From Azolla caroliniana (taxonomy: Eukaryota > Plantae > Polypodiophyta), in NCBI GenBank assembly GCA_043228905.1, contig JBHGNT010000003.1, forward strand, positions 5,270,001-5,334,000: a stretch of 64,000 bases of DNA, read 5' to 3'. The position numbers were made by a program, and so were the translations under genes. This document shows positions 11,846-22,378 of this stretch, one piece after another. Below the pieces are notes generated by a model that worked only from the letters and a program-made list of their open reading frames with translations, was not told where the DNA came from and ran no database searches. Within the stretch, counting starts at the first letter, position 1. Every line of letters starts with the position of its first letter.

Positions 11846-14800
11846 TGATACCAACATCATATTTTGCTGGTTCCTCCACAGTTGGGCCTCGATGGCAGGG
11901 TTCTTCATAGAAAAGAGGGCTTTAATTTCAAAGAAAGGAAGGACGGAACGAGAAAGTGCATCCACCACCGCAGCAGTTGCAGATTGGCTTAATTCCTTGT
12001 CTTTAATGAAGCCTAATTGAAGACTGTATAGTTGAGGAGGCGAGGAAGGGGCGCTGCCAGCTGTTCCCGCCCTCTTCTTTGGCGGTGCTAGGTAATCCAT
12101 GAAATCCATTAGCTGCTCCTCTTCCATATATTTGCTGTCTAGAGAGAGCTCTTTGAGGTTGGGCCAGTGCCGCAGGAAACCAGTGCTCTTTCTCCAGTTC
12201 ATGCGTTTCGAATATATATGCAGTCTCTGGAGGGAGGCTGCGAGGGGCGAATGCGAGGAATGAAGGTTCGCCAATTTCACCACAAACTCTGCGGATACTC
12301 TCACACCCTCAAGGTGGAGGGATGTGAGGGACGTGAAGTCGCCTAACAGCTCCACGCACTCATCGCTAATCTTCATATCCTGAAGGGAAAGATGTTTGAG
12401 GCGTTTGTTTTTCTTGAGGGCACTCAGAAGACAATGACTACCCCTGAATTCTCGAGCCTGAATGACGAGGCTGCTGGGTGCCGCATCACGATCTGCAGCA
12501 AGAGAGAGCGCCTCCACCCAAGCTCTCTCCTCCTCTGCAGTTAGATCCAGGAGGAGATGGAGAGCTCCGCCTGTGAGATTGGCAGTAGCCATGAGGATGG
12601 CCATCCGTTGTTCGGTAGTGTCGGCATCTCTGAAATTGAACATCATGTCTGTGTTCCCCCAGTCCCAAACTGGATGATTTGGTTGCGGATCCTCGAGGCT
12701 ATTTATCGGTCGTCTCGGTCGTCGTTGTTCTGCAAAATTCCGTCTCATGATTCCCCTGTTCATTACATATGACCAATATGCTATTCCATGGTTTTGCAGC
12801 TTCTTCTTAGCGATGAGGAACAGGTTCTTAACATTAATTAGTTGAGGGAGTTGCTGCCCCAGCTCATGATGATCGCTAATACCCTTCAAAGTAATCGACA
12901 ATTTCTCCAAACTATCAAGAGCTGCTCTGGATTTCTCGCACGCCTCTGTAATTTCAAAGGAATTCCACATCATTTTCGTGAGGCGGTGAGGGGGTTGAAG
13001 TTTCTGGTGAAACATTTGAAAATTAGAAAGTTGGAATTGCAGGGATGCAGCCTCCACATCCCTCCTAAATTGCATTTCATGGTGTGCCTTGCATAACCAT
13101 GCAACTTGAGAACTCCCGCCGATTTTATCATCATAAATTGCATGCCTGAGACAGAACTTCTCAGCTATGTTTCCGACTGTGACACCTCCATTTTCCACCA
13201 ATACTGATGCCAACCACTTTTGCCATTCATTGAAAGACTCTATCATGCTTGGACATTCGGGAGAGATTGTTGATGAGGTAGTTATATCCTTTATTGATTC
13301 AACAATGCTCGATAGCAGAGGATACTGTTTCGCCAGTTGGCGGTGGCAAGTCCAATCAGTTTTGAAAAGGTTTGAAAGGGGATCAACAGAGTCAATTCCC
13401 ATTACAATGGCTACACTCAAAACATAAAAGAAACCATTAATATATGGAAGAGCTTTAGAGAGACACTCTGATTGAGACGTTGACCAGGAGGTGAGGATGA
13501 TGCCAGGTTGGTTTTGCACTGGGTGTGGCAGAATGTGATCCTCACAATACAATTGGATTCTCACCGATGTCACTCCTGAGAGTGAAGTCACCAGATTAGT
13601 TATTCCATTGTCACCATTGGTCGTAAGGATGGCGACACGAGGGAGTTGCTTCTCATTCTTATCCTCATTCCCCATAGGGAGCTTCAAGAGCGTACCTATA
13701 CATTTCTTAATCTTGGTCATCACATCCTTCCTCACATGTTGAAAGTTTTCATGTATTTCCCCTAGCTTCTCATTGATTTTGCTTAACCTCTTGTCTACCT
13801 CTAAGATCTCATTATTAGGAACATGTAAATTTGAGATGACCTTTCCCATATACTGGCTTGATTGTACCTCAATTGCTTCTTCTGATTCTAGCTTTACCAT
13901 GAACTTGCCGCATTTTACCTCAATTGCCTCTTCTAATATTTCACGCTCTTGCGCCAGGTTATTTTTTACGCTAGCGATGGTCAAATTTTGATGACTTTGG
14001 AGTTGCTCAAGTACATTGTCTTCATCATTCCTCAGCAATTCATCCCCAGATACTAGATCCAACCATGCTTTACATGAAATAAGAATTCCCCAATAATTCT
14101 CGAAACCAAGGAGATCAATTAAGTCATAAATTGTTTGAGGACAAGGCATATTCGTATTGCACTTCCAATCATAACATTGTGGCTCCCCTCGTTCAAGCTT
14201 TTCTCTTAGTTGTTCCTTCAAATAAGTTATTTTCATGCACTGATCTTCTCTGTCTTGTGCCCTTGATGGATCAACTAAGCATTCGGGTCGGATGACGCTC
14301 TCTATTATCTTCACCCCTTGGATGCCACTGGGTTGAGCTAGTATTGTAATCAAGCTGTCGATAATATGCCTCTCCACGTAAGCTAAGGTTCTCGGCATAT
14401 CTTCTACTTCAGTATTGTTTACAGCTCGAACCAACACATCGATGACATAGTTTGATTTTGCTTGGCACAACACCACAATGATCTCCTTGTTTGGAAACCG
14501 GATGGATATGGATTCCTTCCCAAGCATAATGTTAGCATTCGATTGGAATGCATTGTTAAATAAGACTTGAATCCTAGGAAAGATTCCTGGTGTAAGAAAA
14601 GTAAGGTCTTTCTTTTCGCACTCTAACCTTCGACCCCTATACACAAAAGAATCATTATCACCTAAGTTGCATGTTGGTGGCAATGAAGCCCATTGAAGCT
14701 GCTGTACACCCACATTTACCAATATTGCTGGGATAAAGATAAGATCTGCATTGCTTTCAGAGTCTCCATGGTCAATGGCAACTTTGCAACATAAATGCAT

Positions 14801-17267
14801 TTCTTCCATCAATTTTAGCACTAGTGATCCCTCTACTTTAAATCCAATAGTGGATTCCAAGTTCCCCTCTAGTAATTCTCTAGCTACACATCCATTGTTA
14901 AATACAACGGTATCTTCAGATGGTTCAGACTTTGTGATGCAAATGAGGGTGGCTATGATGTGATTATAGAACCAGTTGGGATCAAGAACAATGTGTTTGG
15001 TTTTGTTGGTGTATATGATGCTTCCCGACTCGCTCAAGGTTGAGGCAATCGTATTCAAATTGACTGTAGCATTGAGACTAGAATGTTTACCCATCTTACA
15101 AATTTCCGTAAACTTGTTCCATGGAATGATTCGCTCATTTGTGCTCTTCAAATGCTTGGACAATTGTTTGCTTACTTGTGTGCAGATGCTGTACACCTTA
15201 ACACCTCGGAGCATCTCTTTGGAAACTTTGAAGAAATGCTCGGCTACAGGTTTGACGGAGTCCTCCTGTCTCGCATCCACTTCGAAAGGAGGATCGACAA
15301 TGTCAATCGCCCATTTAAATTCTGATCGAAGTGAATTAATGCATGGTGAGAGGAAGCTTGAGACAGACACCATTTGATCTGCTCTTGTGAATACTACCAT
15401 CAGTTTAAGAGTAGTGTTAGATTGGGGCCTTTTGGAGGCAAGGAACCTGAGCCAGTATCTGAAGCTTGATTTGAAGTCCGCCATTGTTTTCATAGGTCCT
15501 CCATCACTATTAGTGCTCAGCACAGGACTCCAAACAAAAACCCACAGAGATGGCATGTCGGGGAACATACAATCCTGGAAGGCAAGGAATTGTTGTTGGG
15601 CTGGTATGTCCCACAGGGAGAGCATAATTCCCTCTCTTTCGATGGCTCTGACTGCAATTCTCTGTATGGGGTCATCCTGGGTACCTGGGCGGACTGTAAT
15701 GTCTCTCAGCTTATTTCTCATTGATGGAATGCAGGGTGGATGGGTGGTGCGGACTTTTATTGCTCGAGCTCGTGTGGGGAAAGATGATATTCTGCGCTTA
15801 CGACGTCTGCGAAACGGCATGCGATCATAGATGGAAAGCATAGTGGACACAAGGGTAGTCTTTCCTGCAGCAAAGAGATTATGCAAAATACAAGCGTTAG
15901 GGTTTGCCTTCTGAGATCAAATCAAGTTGTCTGATGTAAATATTTTAGAGACGGCGTTTGCCTGAAAATGGATCTCCACAGATGACCAATGGCATGGAAA
16001 TGCAAGGCCCTAGCTCCCAACCTGATCTCAGCATGCGACTGTGCTGGTTCCTCCATAGCTGGGCCTGGATGGCGGGATTCATCTTTGGATGCTGAAAGAA
16101 AGGAAGGCCGGATCGATCAAGAGCATCCACCACCGCAGCAACAGCAGATTGGCTTAATTCCGCTGATGCGTAACCTAAATGAGGACTATCTACTGCGTTA
16201 CGCTGCATATCAAGGCTGTATAACTGACGAGGTGATGTCTGGTCTTCCATGAACGTTGGTGGTAGGTGCTCCATGAAATTGATTAGCTCCTCCTCTCTCA
16301 TATCTCTAGTATAAGTGCCTAGAGAGAGCTCTTCGAGCATCGGCCAGTTGTGCAGGAAACCAATGCTTCTTCCCCAGTCAATGGATATAGAATCTATGTG
16401 CAGTCTCTTGACAGAGGATGTGAGGGATAAGTGTGCGGCACGAAGCTCCGCCAATTCTGCCACAAATTTTCCGGAGGCGTCTATACCTTCAAGGTGGAGA
16501 CTAGTGAGGGAGCTAAAGTCACGTAACACCTCTATACACTGATCGTTAATCCTCATCCACTGCAGCGAAAGATGCTCGAGGCCATTGAACTTCTTCAGAG
16601 CAGTAAGGACCTCATAAATGTCGAAATCACACTTGGAGATAAGCAAGCTCCTTGGCGTCGCATTACACTCTGCGGCCAGAGAGAGAGCATCCAGCCAAGC
16701 CGACTGTTCTTCTGGGGTGAGAACCTTGAGATGCAGGAGATGAACTGCTCCACCTCTAAAATGGGCGGCATACTTGAGGTAGGTCATGCTTTGCTCCAGA
16801 GTAGTGTCGCCCCTTAAATTGACCATGATGTCGTTGCTCCCCCAAGCTCGTTCTCTTCTGACGGTAGCATCACCATATGACTGATACGTTGTTGCTTGGA
16901 TTTCCTGCATAAAGATGAGGAAGAGATTCTTATCAGTGGGGTCATTCATCAGATGAGAGCGCTGATGATGATCACCTCTTGGGTTCAAAGCATTAAGAGC
17001 GTTTCTGGATTGCTCACACGCCACTTGGGTTTCATGGGAATCCCACCTCACGTTGATGAGGCGGTGAGGTTGTCGAAGACTCTGGTTATGAAGGAGGGAT
17101 GCAGCCTCCTCATCCGTATCATCCGTCCTACGGATGTGGAAGAGGTTCTTGAAACTGTCAAGAACTGTAGCCTTCAAATGGTGATACGGTTGAAGATTCT
17201 GACGTCGTCGTTGTTGTTGTTGTTGATGATGATGATGATGCCGGGAAGATGAAGCCTCTGCAGCCAT
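11783..17267 (-). CDS. TORNADO1-like ROCO protein, about 1795 aa, join(17267..15962,15864..11783): His/Gln leader, LRR-like module 1, Roc GTPase, COR, TRN1-type C-terminal domain, fused LRR-like module 2
   Basis: Splicing joins the 440-aa and 1367-aa ORFs in frame (5388 nt) and rebuilds the P-loop GDPFSGKTT. Also LSLWD, VVFTRAD, COR IVLDPNWF, TRN1-family C-terminus RIQLYCED..PHPV..IAEKFCL..VAWLCKAH, and RNI-like repeats LEHLSLQ/LTSLHLE/VKRLHID/LEELSLG. Confidence 0.88.
15865..15961 (-). other. 97-nt phase-1 GC-AG intron within the P-loop glycine codon
   Basis: TTTTCAG/GCAAAC...CCCTAAC (branch point)...TTTGCTGCAG/GAAAGACT. Same position and GC donor in the paralog (CAG/GCAAAA 6471 ... CACTAAC ... 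GCGCAG 6564). Confidence 0.85.
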
Positions 17268-19197
17268 GATAAATATATGTATGAACCAAGTGACCTGATT
17301 GTTTGGTTTGGTCTGATTAGATTTCCGCTTTCAACTTTCCTTTTTCTATTATCTCTAGTTCTATGACAGTTGAAATTTTGAATAGTGGTATGTAGGATTG
17401 ACGTACGTACATACGTACATCCATCCATACATATAATTCATACAATACATACATATATACATAAAATCCATACCATACATACAAACATGGTGCGACTTGG
17501 TTGTCGTGGGTTTGGTGGACCATCCGCTACAAGTAATAATGGTGACTTTTAAATTGCAGGCGAGGATATTCTCGATCAAGTAGGGCATCAACAAGATGAT
17601 GTGGTGGGGATGGTTTCTACGTCCACACCAAATTTATTAATTATGGGCGTATTGTTGCATGTTTCTGTTCAAATAGTGGAGTAGATCTTGAGAATGACTA
17701 GCACAGGAATTGAAAACAGACAATGCTAATAGTCCAAGTCTAATTAACTTCTCAAGTGTATCTTATTATTGGTAAAGAGAAATTTGACATTGGGTGACTT
17801 GCCACAATGGCAACGTGTAGTACAAATAAAGAGAGATCACGATGGTAAGGAATGTATAAAGAAGAGATCGGAAGAAACTTGTATAATTACATATTTTGAG
17901 ATAGCCAATATATGTGAGATTAACTGTCTCCTGAGTGAGAGTATTGGGGAGCTTCTGTTCCATGTTGTGGCCAGAAATGCTCTACAAGTGTATTGAATCA
18001 CATAAATTTGCACAATAGGAAATGCTGAAGACATCATCAATATGGGAGCTAAGGTTGACTACTCTACCTTGCATTTAACTACTCTGAAGGGGACATTGTT
18101 GTAGTGCAATGGCTTGTCAGCAAGCATCCTCCATCTCGAACTGCACAGGAAACTATATCCCAATGAAGACAAACAACAAACAACAAATTCAATTTACATT
18201 CCCATTTCTGGTGGCTTTAGCATCTTGTTCTTTTGGCACATTGAAATTCTACACATAGCATTAATTCAAATGTTTGGGGGCATTTATTCGTCTTTTCAAG
18301 TGAAATGCCGTGTTTCCTTTTCCTTCCATTAATTTTTGATTGGCCTCTATAGAAATTTGGAAAAGATTTTGGCACGCTCATGGACCAATTATTGAAACAA
18401 TTGTACATATTATTTGTCGAGGATAGAAATGTAAATAGGAAATGGGCTTGTTTGACATCTATAAAAGTAAGCCTAATTTAACATGGATAGTTGGCGAAGA
18501 ATACTTGAAAGCTTGGATCCATATAATAGACAATTTACGTACAATTCACCACTAATGGAATAGTGTCATTTTCAAAAGTGTATATTTAGCTTGTTTAAGT
18601 TTAGCTAATGTTACTTTGAGCGAAAGATCAAAAGTTGAGACGGGAGAGATTAGTGTACTCCATGAGAGATATATTATAAGTTGATGGTCACAATCCTCAC
18701 TAAGATGATTTGTGATTAAGCTACATATACAAAACACATGGCATAGTAAAAAGTTGATGCTGATTGAGCACATGCTCTCTCCTTTGCCTTCTCTTTTTTT
18801 TGGCCATCCAATTGATTATTATTTTATTTGGTCAGTAGCATGTTTGATGAATGGGAATTAAAACTATATTCGAATGAAGACAAACGACAAACAAAATTCA
18901 ATATGAATGACACAAGCAATGCAAACTTTAGTTGATTCGTTTTTATTTTCCCATTTTTTGTTGCTTTAGTCTCTTGTTCTTTTGTCGCATTGAAGATTTA
19001 CTAGTGGCAGTGAACGATGATAAAAGGTAGACAATAACATGGAGCTAAACAATTGAATAAGGCTAGGTAGGATTGACACATACATACATCCAGACATACA
19101 TCATAAATGGTATATATAAATGGAGGTATGGGCAAAATTCAACTGAATCTGTGAGTGCGTCTTCTTCTTTCTGAGTTACTACGGACAACGACAAAGA
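17268..19197. promoter_or_regulatory. Divergent (head-to-head) intergenic/promoter region with internal duplications
   Basis: 1930 bp between two divergent ATGs. TATATATAAA near 19111. Motif GTAGGATTGAC..CATAC(A/G)TACATCCA at 17392 and 19067. Block 18162-18250 repeated at 18873-19000. One W-box TTGACT at 18055. Confidence 0.55.
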
Positions 19198-21102
19198 ATG
19201 TCGATAGACAACATTGCAAGAGACTTGCGGATGTATGCAGAGGAAGGTTGTGGCCAAGAGCTTCTGAATCTCATTGGGGAACTATCTGACTCCACGTTCG
19301 ACACCGTGATCACTAAGTTTGATGACAGCAGCGGAGAGCTTCCTCTCCATGTGGCTGTGAGGAAGGGCCATGGACTGGGTGTATTGGGTCAAATCTGCAC
19401 AAAAAGAAATGGGGAGGACCTCATCCATGTGAGAACTGAGGGGGGCTACTCTCCCTTGCATTTAGCTGCTCGCTATGGGAACATTGAAGCAGTGGAGTTG
19501 CTTGTCAGCAAGCATCCTGCTGCTGCTGATTGCAACCTCCCCGATGAGGTGAGCTACAACAGACCCTTGCACCTTGCTGTTCTTCATGGGCACAAAGAGG
19601 TCGCCGCCCGACTCGTCGAAGCGGGAGCCACGCTCACCCTCCAAAATGGTAAGAACATGGTTCCTCTAGGGTTTTGTGAAGATCCAGAGATGTTCCGGGC
19701 CCTTTTCTCGCGCATCGACGATAGAAGAATCGAGAAGGAGATGAAGTATTACAGGGAAAAGTTGTACCCCTGCAAAACCATTCTGCATTATGCCGCTCTT
19801 CATTGCACAGATGAAGCTTTGATCGAAAACCTTTACTTAGCTGCAGCTGGTATTCGGCCAAAACATCTACAAGGTCATCCATCAAGTAAGGAAGTGTTAG
19901 AGCATGTTGATGAAGAAGGGAACCCATTCTTGCACAAGGCCGGAAAGCATATGTTGAAGGTGATCTTCAAGGGGCTGATTAGGAAGGAGCGAGACTTCAC
20001 AAAGCTGTTGGTCATGAATTGTGGACTGTACGATGCTTTTATGGGCAACAGACAACTATATGATGAACTAGCGTCTGATGGGACGACTTCCCAATTCAGT
20101 TTGGAATCGATGCAAGGGGAGCTCCTGTTTAGGCTCAAGCAATGGAGACAGGATGTAGGCGACGAGGCAAAGCAAATCCTGAAGCAACCATGGACGAATT
20201 CTCTCCTTCCATATCTGGCACTTTACCTGGGTAAGCACGAGGTCTTGAACTTCATACTGGATTCAAGATTGGAGTTCACTTTGAATCAACCGGATGCAGT
20301 GGAGAAGAGGTCGTGCCTGCATTGGGCGGTGTTACACAATCGAGTGGACATTGTGGACAGGCTCTTTATCTGCTCCCTCAGCTGTTGCAAGGGCAAGAAG
20401 CGCAAGCAAGAGATGGTCGACTGTCGGATGAGGTTCAAGAAACCAAGCCCAAGTGTAGTGGACGGTGCAGGGATGACAGCATTCCATATTGCATTTAACC
20501 AGAAGAATGAGGTAATGATGCAGACCCTGAGGAGGCAGAAGGAATTCAATGAATACGAAGACAAATTGCTGAAGGACAGGGAAGTGTATGTGCAATCGGT
20601 GAATGCAATCCTGGTGGGTTCGGCATTGATAGCAAGTATCACATTCGCCGGCTGGTTGCAAGTGCCATCGCATGTGTTCGGCAGCAGGGCAATGATCACC
20701 TTCTGGATCACCAACAGCTTGTCATTCGTCTTCGCAGTTGCGGCCATGGGTTTAAGCATCGGGATCCTGCTACTCACGCCCACAAGCTACATCGGCCAAG
20801 TAGTGTTTGAGCTTCAAAGGGGTATCATGTACATTGCATTTCTCCTCATGTTCTCGTTGGCAGGAGCCACAGTAGCCTTTATAACAGCAGGTTTCGCTGC
20901 ATTTGGGAATCAAGCTCCCCAACCAGAGTACAACATAGCGATGGGAACCGCTACAGGTCTTGGCGGCTTTGTTTGTGTGCTCATTCTAACATATTACATG
21001 CGCCAAGTGAAACTTCACAGTTCCGCATATCGACAACAAAGGATCACTTCCCATAGCAATGAAGAGCATGAGCGTCCACGAGAAACAATAGACTTAGAGT
21101 AA
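19198..21102 (+). CDS. Ankyrin-repeat protein with C-terminal PGG-type 4-helix transmembrane domain (ACD6/ITN1-like ANK-TM), 634 aa, intronless
   Basis: About 8 ankyrin motifs (GELPLHVAVRKGH, GYSPLHLAARYGN, RPLHLAVLHGH, KTILHYAA, RSCLHWAVLHN, GMTAFHIA). TM domain NAILVGSALIASITFAGWLQVP..FWITNSLSFVFAVAA..AFITAGFA..GLGGFVCVLIL. Confidence 0.92.
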   Translation: MSIDNIARDLRMYAEEGCGQELLNLIGELSDSTFDTVITKFDDSSGELPLHVAVRKGHGLGVLGQICTKRNGEDLIHVRTEGGYSPLHLAARYGNIEAVELLVSKHPAAADCNLPDEVSYNRPLHLAVLHGHKEVAARLVEAGATLTLQNGKNMVPLGFCEDPEMFRALFSRIDDRRIEKEMKYYREKLYPCKTILHYAALHCTDEALIENLYLAAAGIRPKHLQGHPSSKEVLEHVDEEGNPFLHKAGKHMLKVIFKGLIRKERDFTKLLVMNCGLYDAFMGNRQLYDELASDGTTSQFSLESMQGELLFRLKQWRQDVGDEAKQILKQPWTNSLLPYLALYLGKHEVLNFILDSRLEFTLNQPDAVEKRSCLHWAVLHNRVDIVDRLFICSLSCCKGKKRKQEMVDCRMRFKKPSPSVVDGAGMTAFHIAFNQKNEVMMQTLRRQKEFNEYEDKLLKDREVYVQSVNAILVGSALIASITFAGWLQVPSHVFGSRAMITFWITNSLSFVFAVAAMGLSIGILLLTPTSYIGQVVFELQRGIMYIAFLLMFSLAGATVAFITAGFAAFGNQAPQPEYNIAMGTATGLGGFVCVLILTYYMRQVKLHSSAYRQQRITSHSNEEHERPRETIDLE

Positions 21103-21379
21103 AGGTTTCTTCTAAGGAACTAACACAAGCAAGTGGTACATTGATGGCCAGTTTCACCCCACTTGAAAACCAAATGTTTAAGTTCTTTTTAAATGTACTC
21201 AATAGTTATAGTAGAAATGTTAAATTCTTGGAAGTCCATACGAGAGAGAGAGAGAGAGAGCGCTCAATTAGTAAGGTTGCCCAATGAGGACCAGGAGTAA
21301 AACTTCTACATTCCATAGTGGCACCTAATGAATTAAGAAATATATATGTATGAAGTATACAAAATAGAAAGGTGAGAAA

Positions 21380-21440
21380 ATTAGGTTTTGAACCTAAAAT
21401 TCAATGCTTGTAGTGTAACTACTTACCACTAAGGTAAGCT
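21380..21440 (-). repeat. Degenerate tRNA-derived (SINE-head-like) relic
   Basis: Minus strand TACCTTAGTGGTAA (A-box-like) and AGGTTCAAAACCT (B-box-like) with tRNA-like spacing. No cloverleaf. Confidence 0.35.
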
Positions 21441-21967
21441 GAGGATATAGACATTCGTATAGCATACTTTTTCCATTTTATGATAAGCAGTGGAGGTCAA
21501 ATGGGACCAAAACGAAAGCATTTAATTTGTAATTGTTGAATGGTCAAGACCTTAACCGATAAACATCATAATTGAAAGCATTTGAAAGTAATGGATGAAA
21601 GGAGCGAACCAGATTGACAAATATGTAGAAAGCAAGCTCGAATATGGTAGTTTGCAGCAAAATGTACTAGAGAGAAAGAGAAAGAGAAATATAAATATAA
21701 TACAATTATTAACGGGACTTGCACAAATAATGGGTCATCCCACTATTTATATATTCTAGTTAAGATGTCTCATTCTTTAATTATTTGGAAGCTACTATCA
21801 CCTTTAGAATATTGGTGCTTCTCATACCAACCTAATTAGAAACCAAGGGCAAATTTTATAATTAAATGCAACTTAAACGGCAATGGAAGGGCACAATAGA
21901 TTGGCCCATTGCGATGATCAATGCCCTTTGGTTTTCATACAATTAAGAAACAATCTCAACTACAAAA

Positions 21968-22035
21968 ATGAAATTTGCTCCCTCTCGGTGAAAGTAAGGT
22001 AGATGAAATTTGCTCCCTTTCGGTGAAAGTAAGGT
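21968..22035. repeat. 35-bp tandem duplication
   Basis: ATGAAATTTGCTCCCT(C/T)TCGGTGAAAGTAAGGT x2. Confidence 0.85.
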
Positions 22036-22378
22036 TGGTACATGGATAGTGGGACACCAACTTTCTGCATACATATAAAGAAACATTAAGGGATCGTGCA
22101 TATTTAGCCGATTATGACCCAACCCCCAGTATATTAAAACAAAGAAAACTGTCTCTTCTTTTAGGTCCAAGTGTGAAAATTGCACAAATTCTTGATCTTT
22201 GCATCAAGTTGCAAAACTCACATGCGAGTATAACATGTCACACATACACAACACACACACGACGACCATTGTAACAATTGTAATACAATCAAGGATCATC
22301 TTTTAATGGCAAAATTATTTAGTCTTTAAGTGGAAACATAATGGTAAAACATTATGCCATTGCAAAAGGTTTATCATT

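Noticed and set aside
11844-11853. TGGTATCAGA (tRNA-Met PBS-like) near the end of the ROCO ORF
   Set aside because: It aligns with paralog coding sequence (ATGTTGGGATCAGAT, MLGSD) and has no adjacent LTR.
15865-15886. ORF-track start MHNLFAAG for the 1367-aa ORF, and the 440-aa ORF as a separate gene
   Set aside because: The start lies in the intron. Splicing rebuilds a single P-loop, and the paralog has the same intron.
15896-15906. Single AAACCCTA motifs (ROCO intron, LTRs near 6256, 46919, 52078) as repair scars
   Set aside because: Isolated telo-box-sized hits not at junctions. They are common in plant promoters and LTRs, and the intronic one overlaps the branch point.
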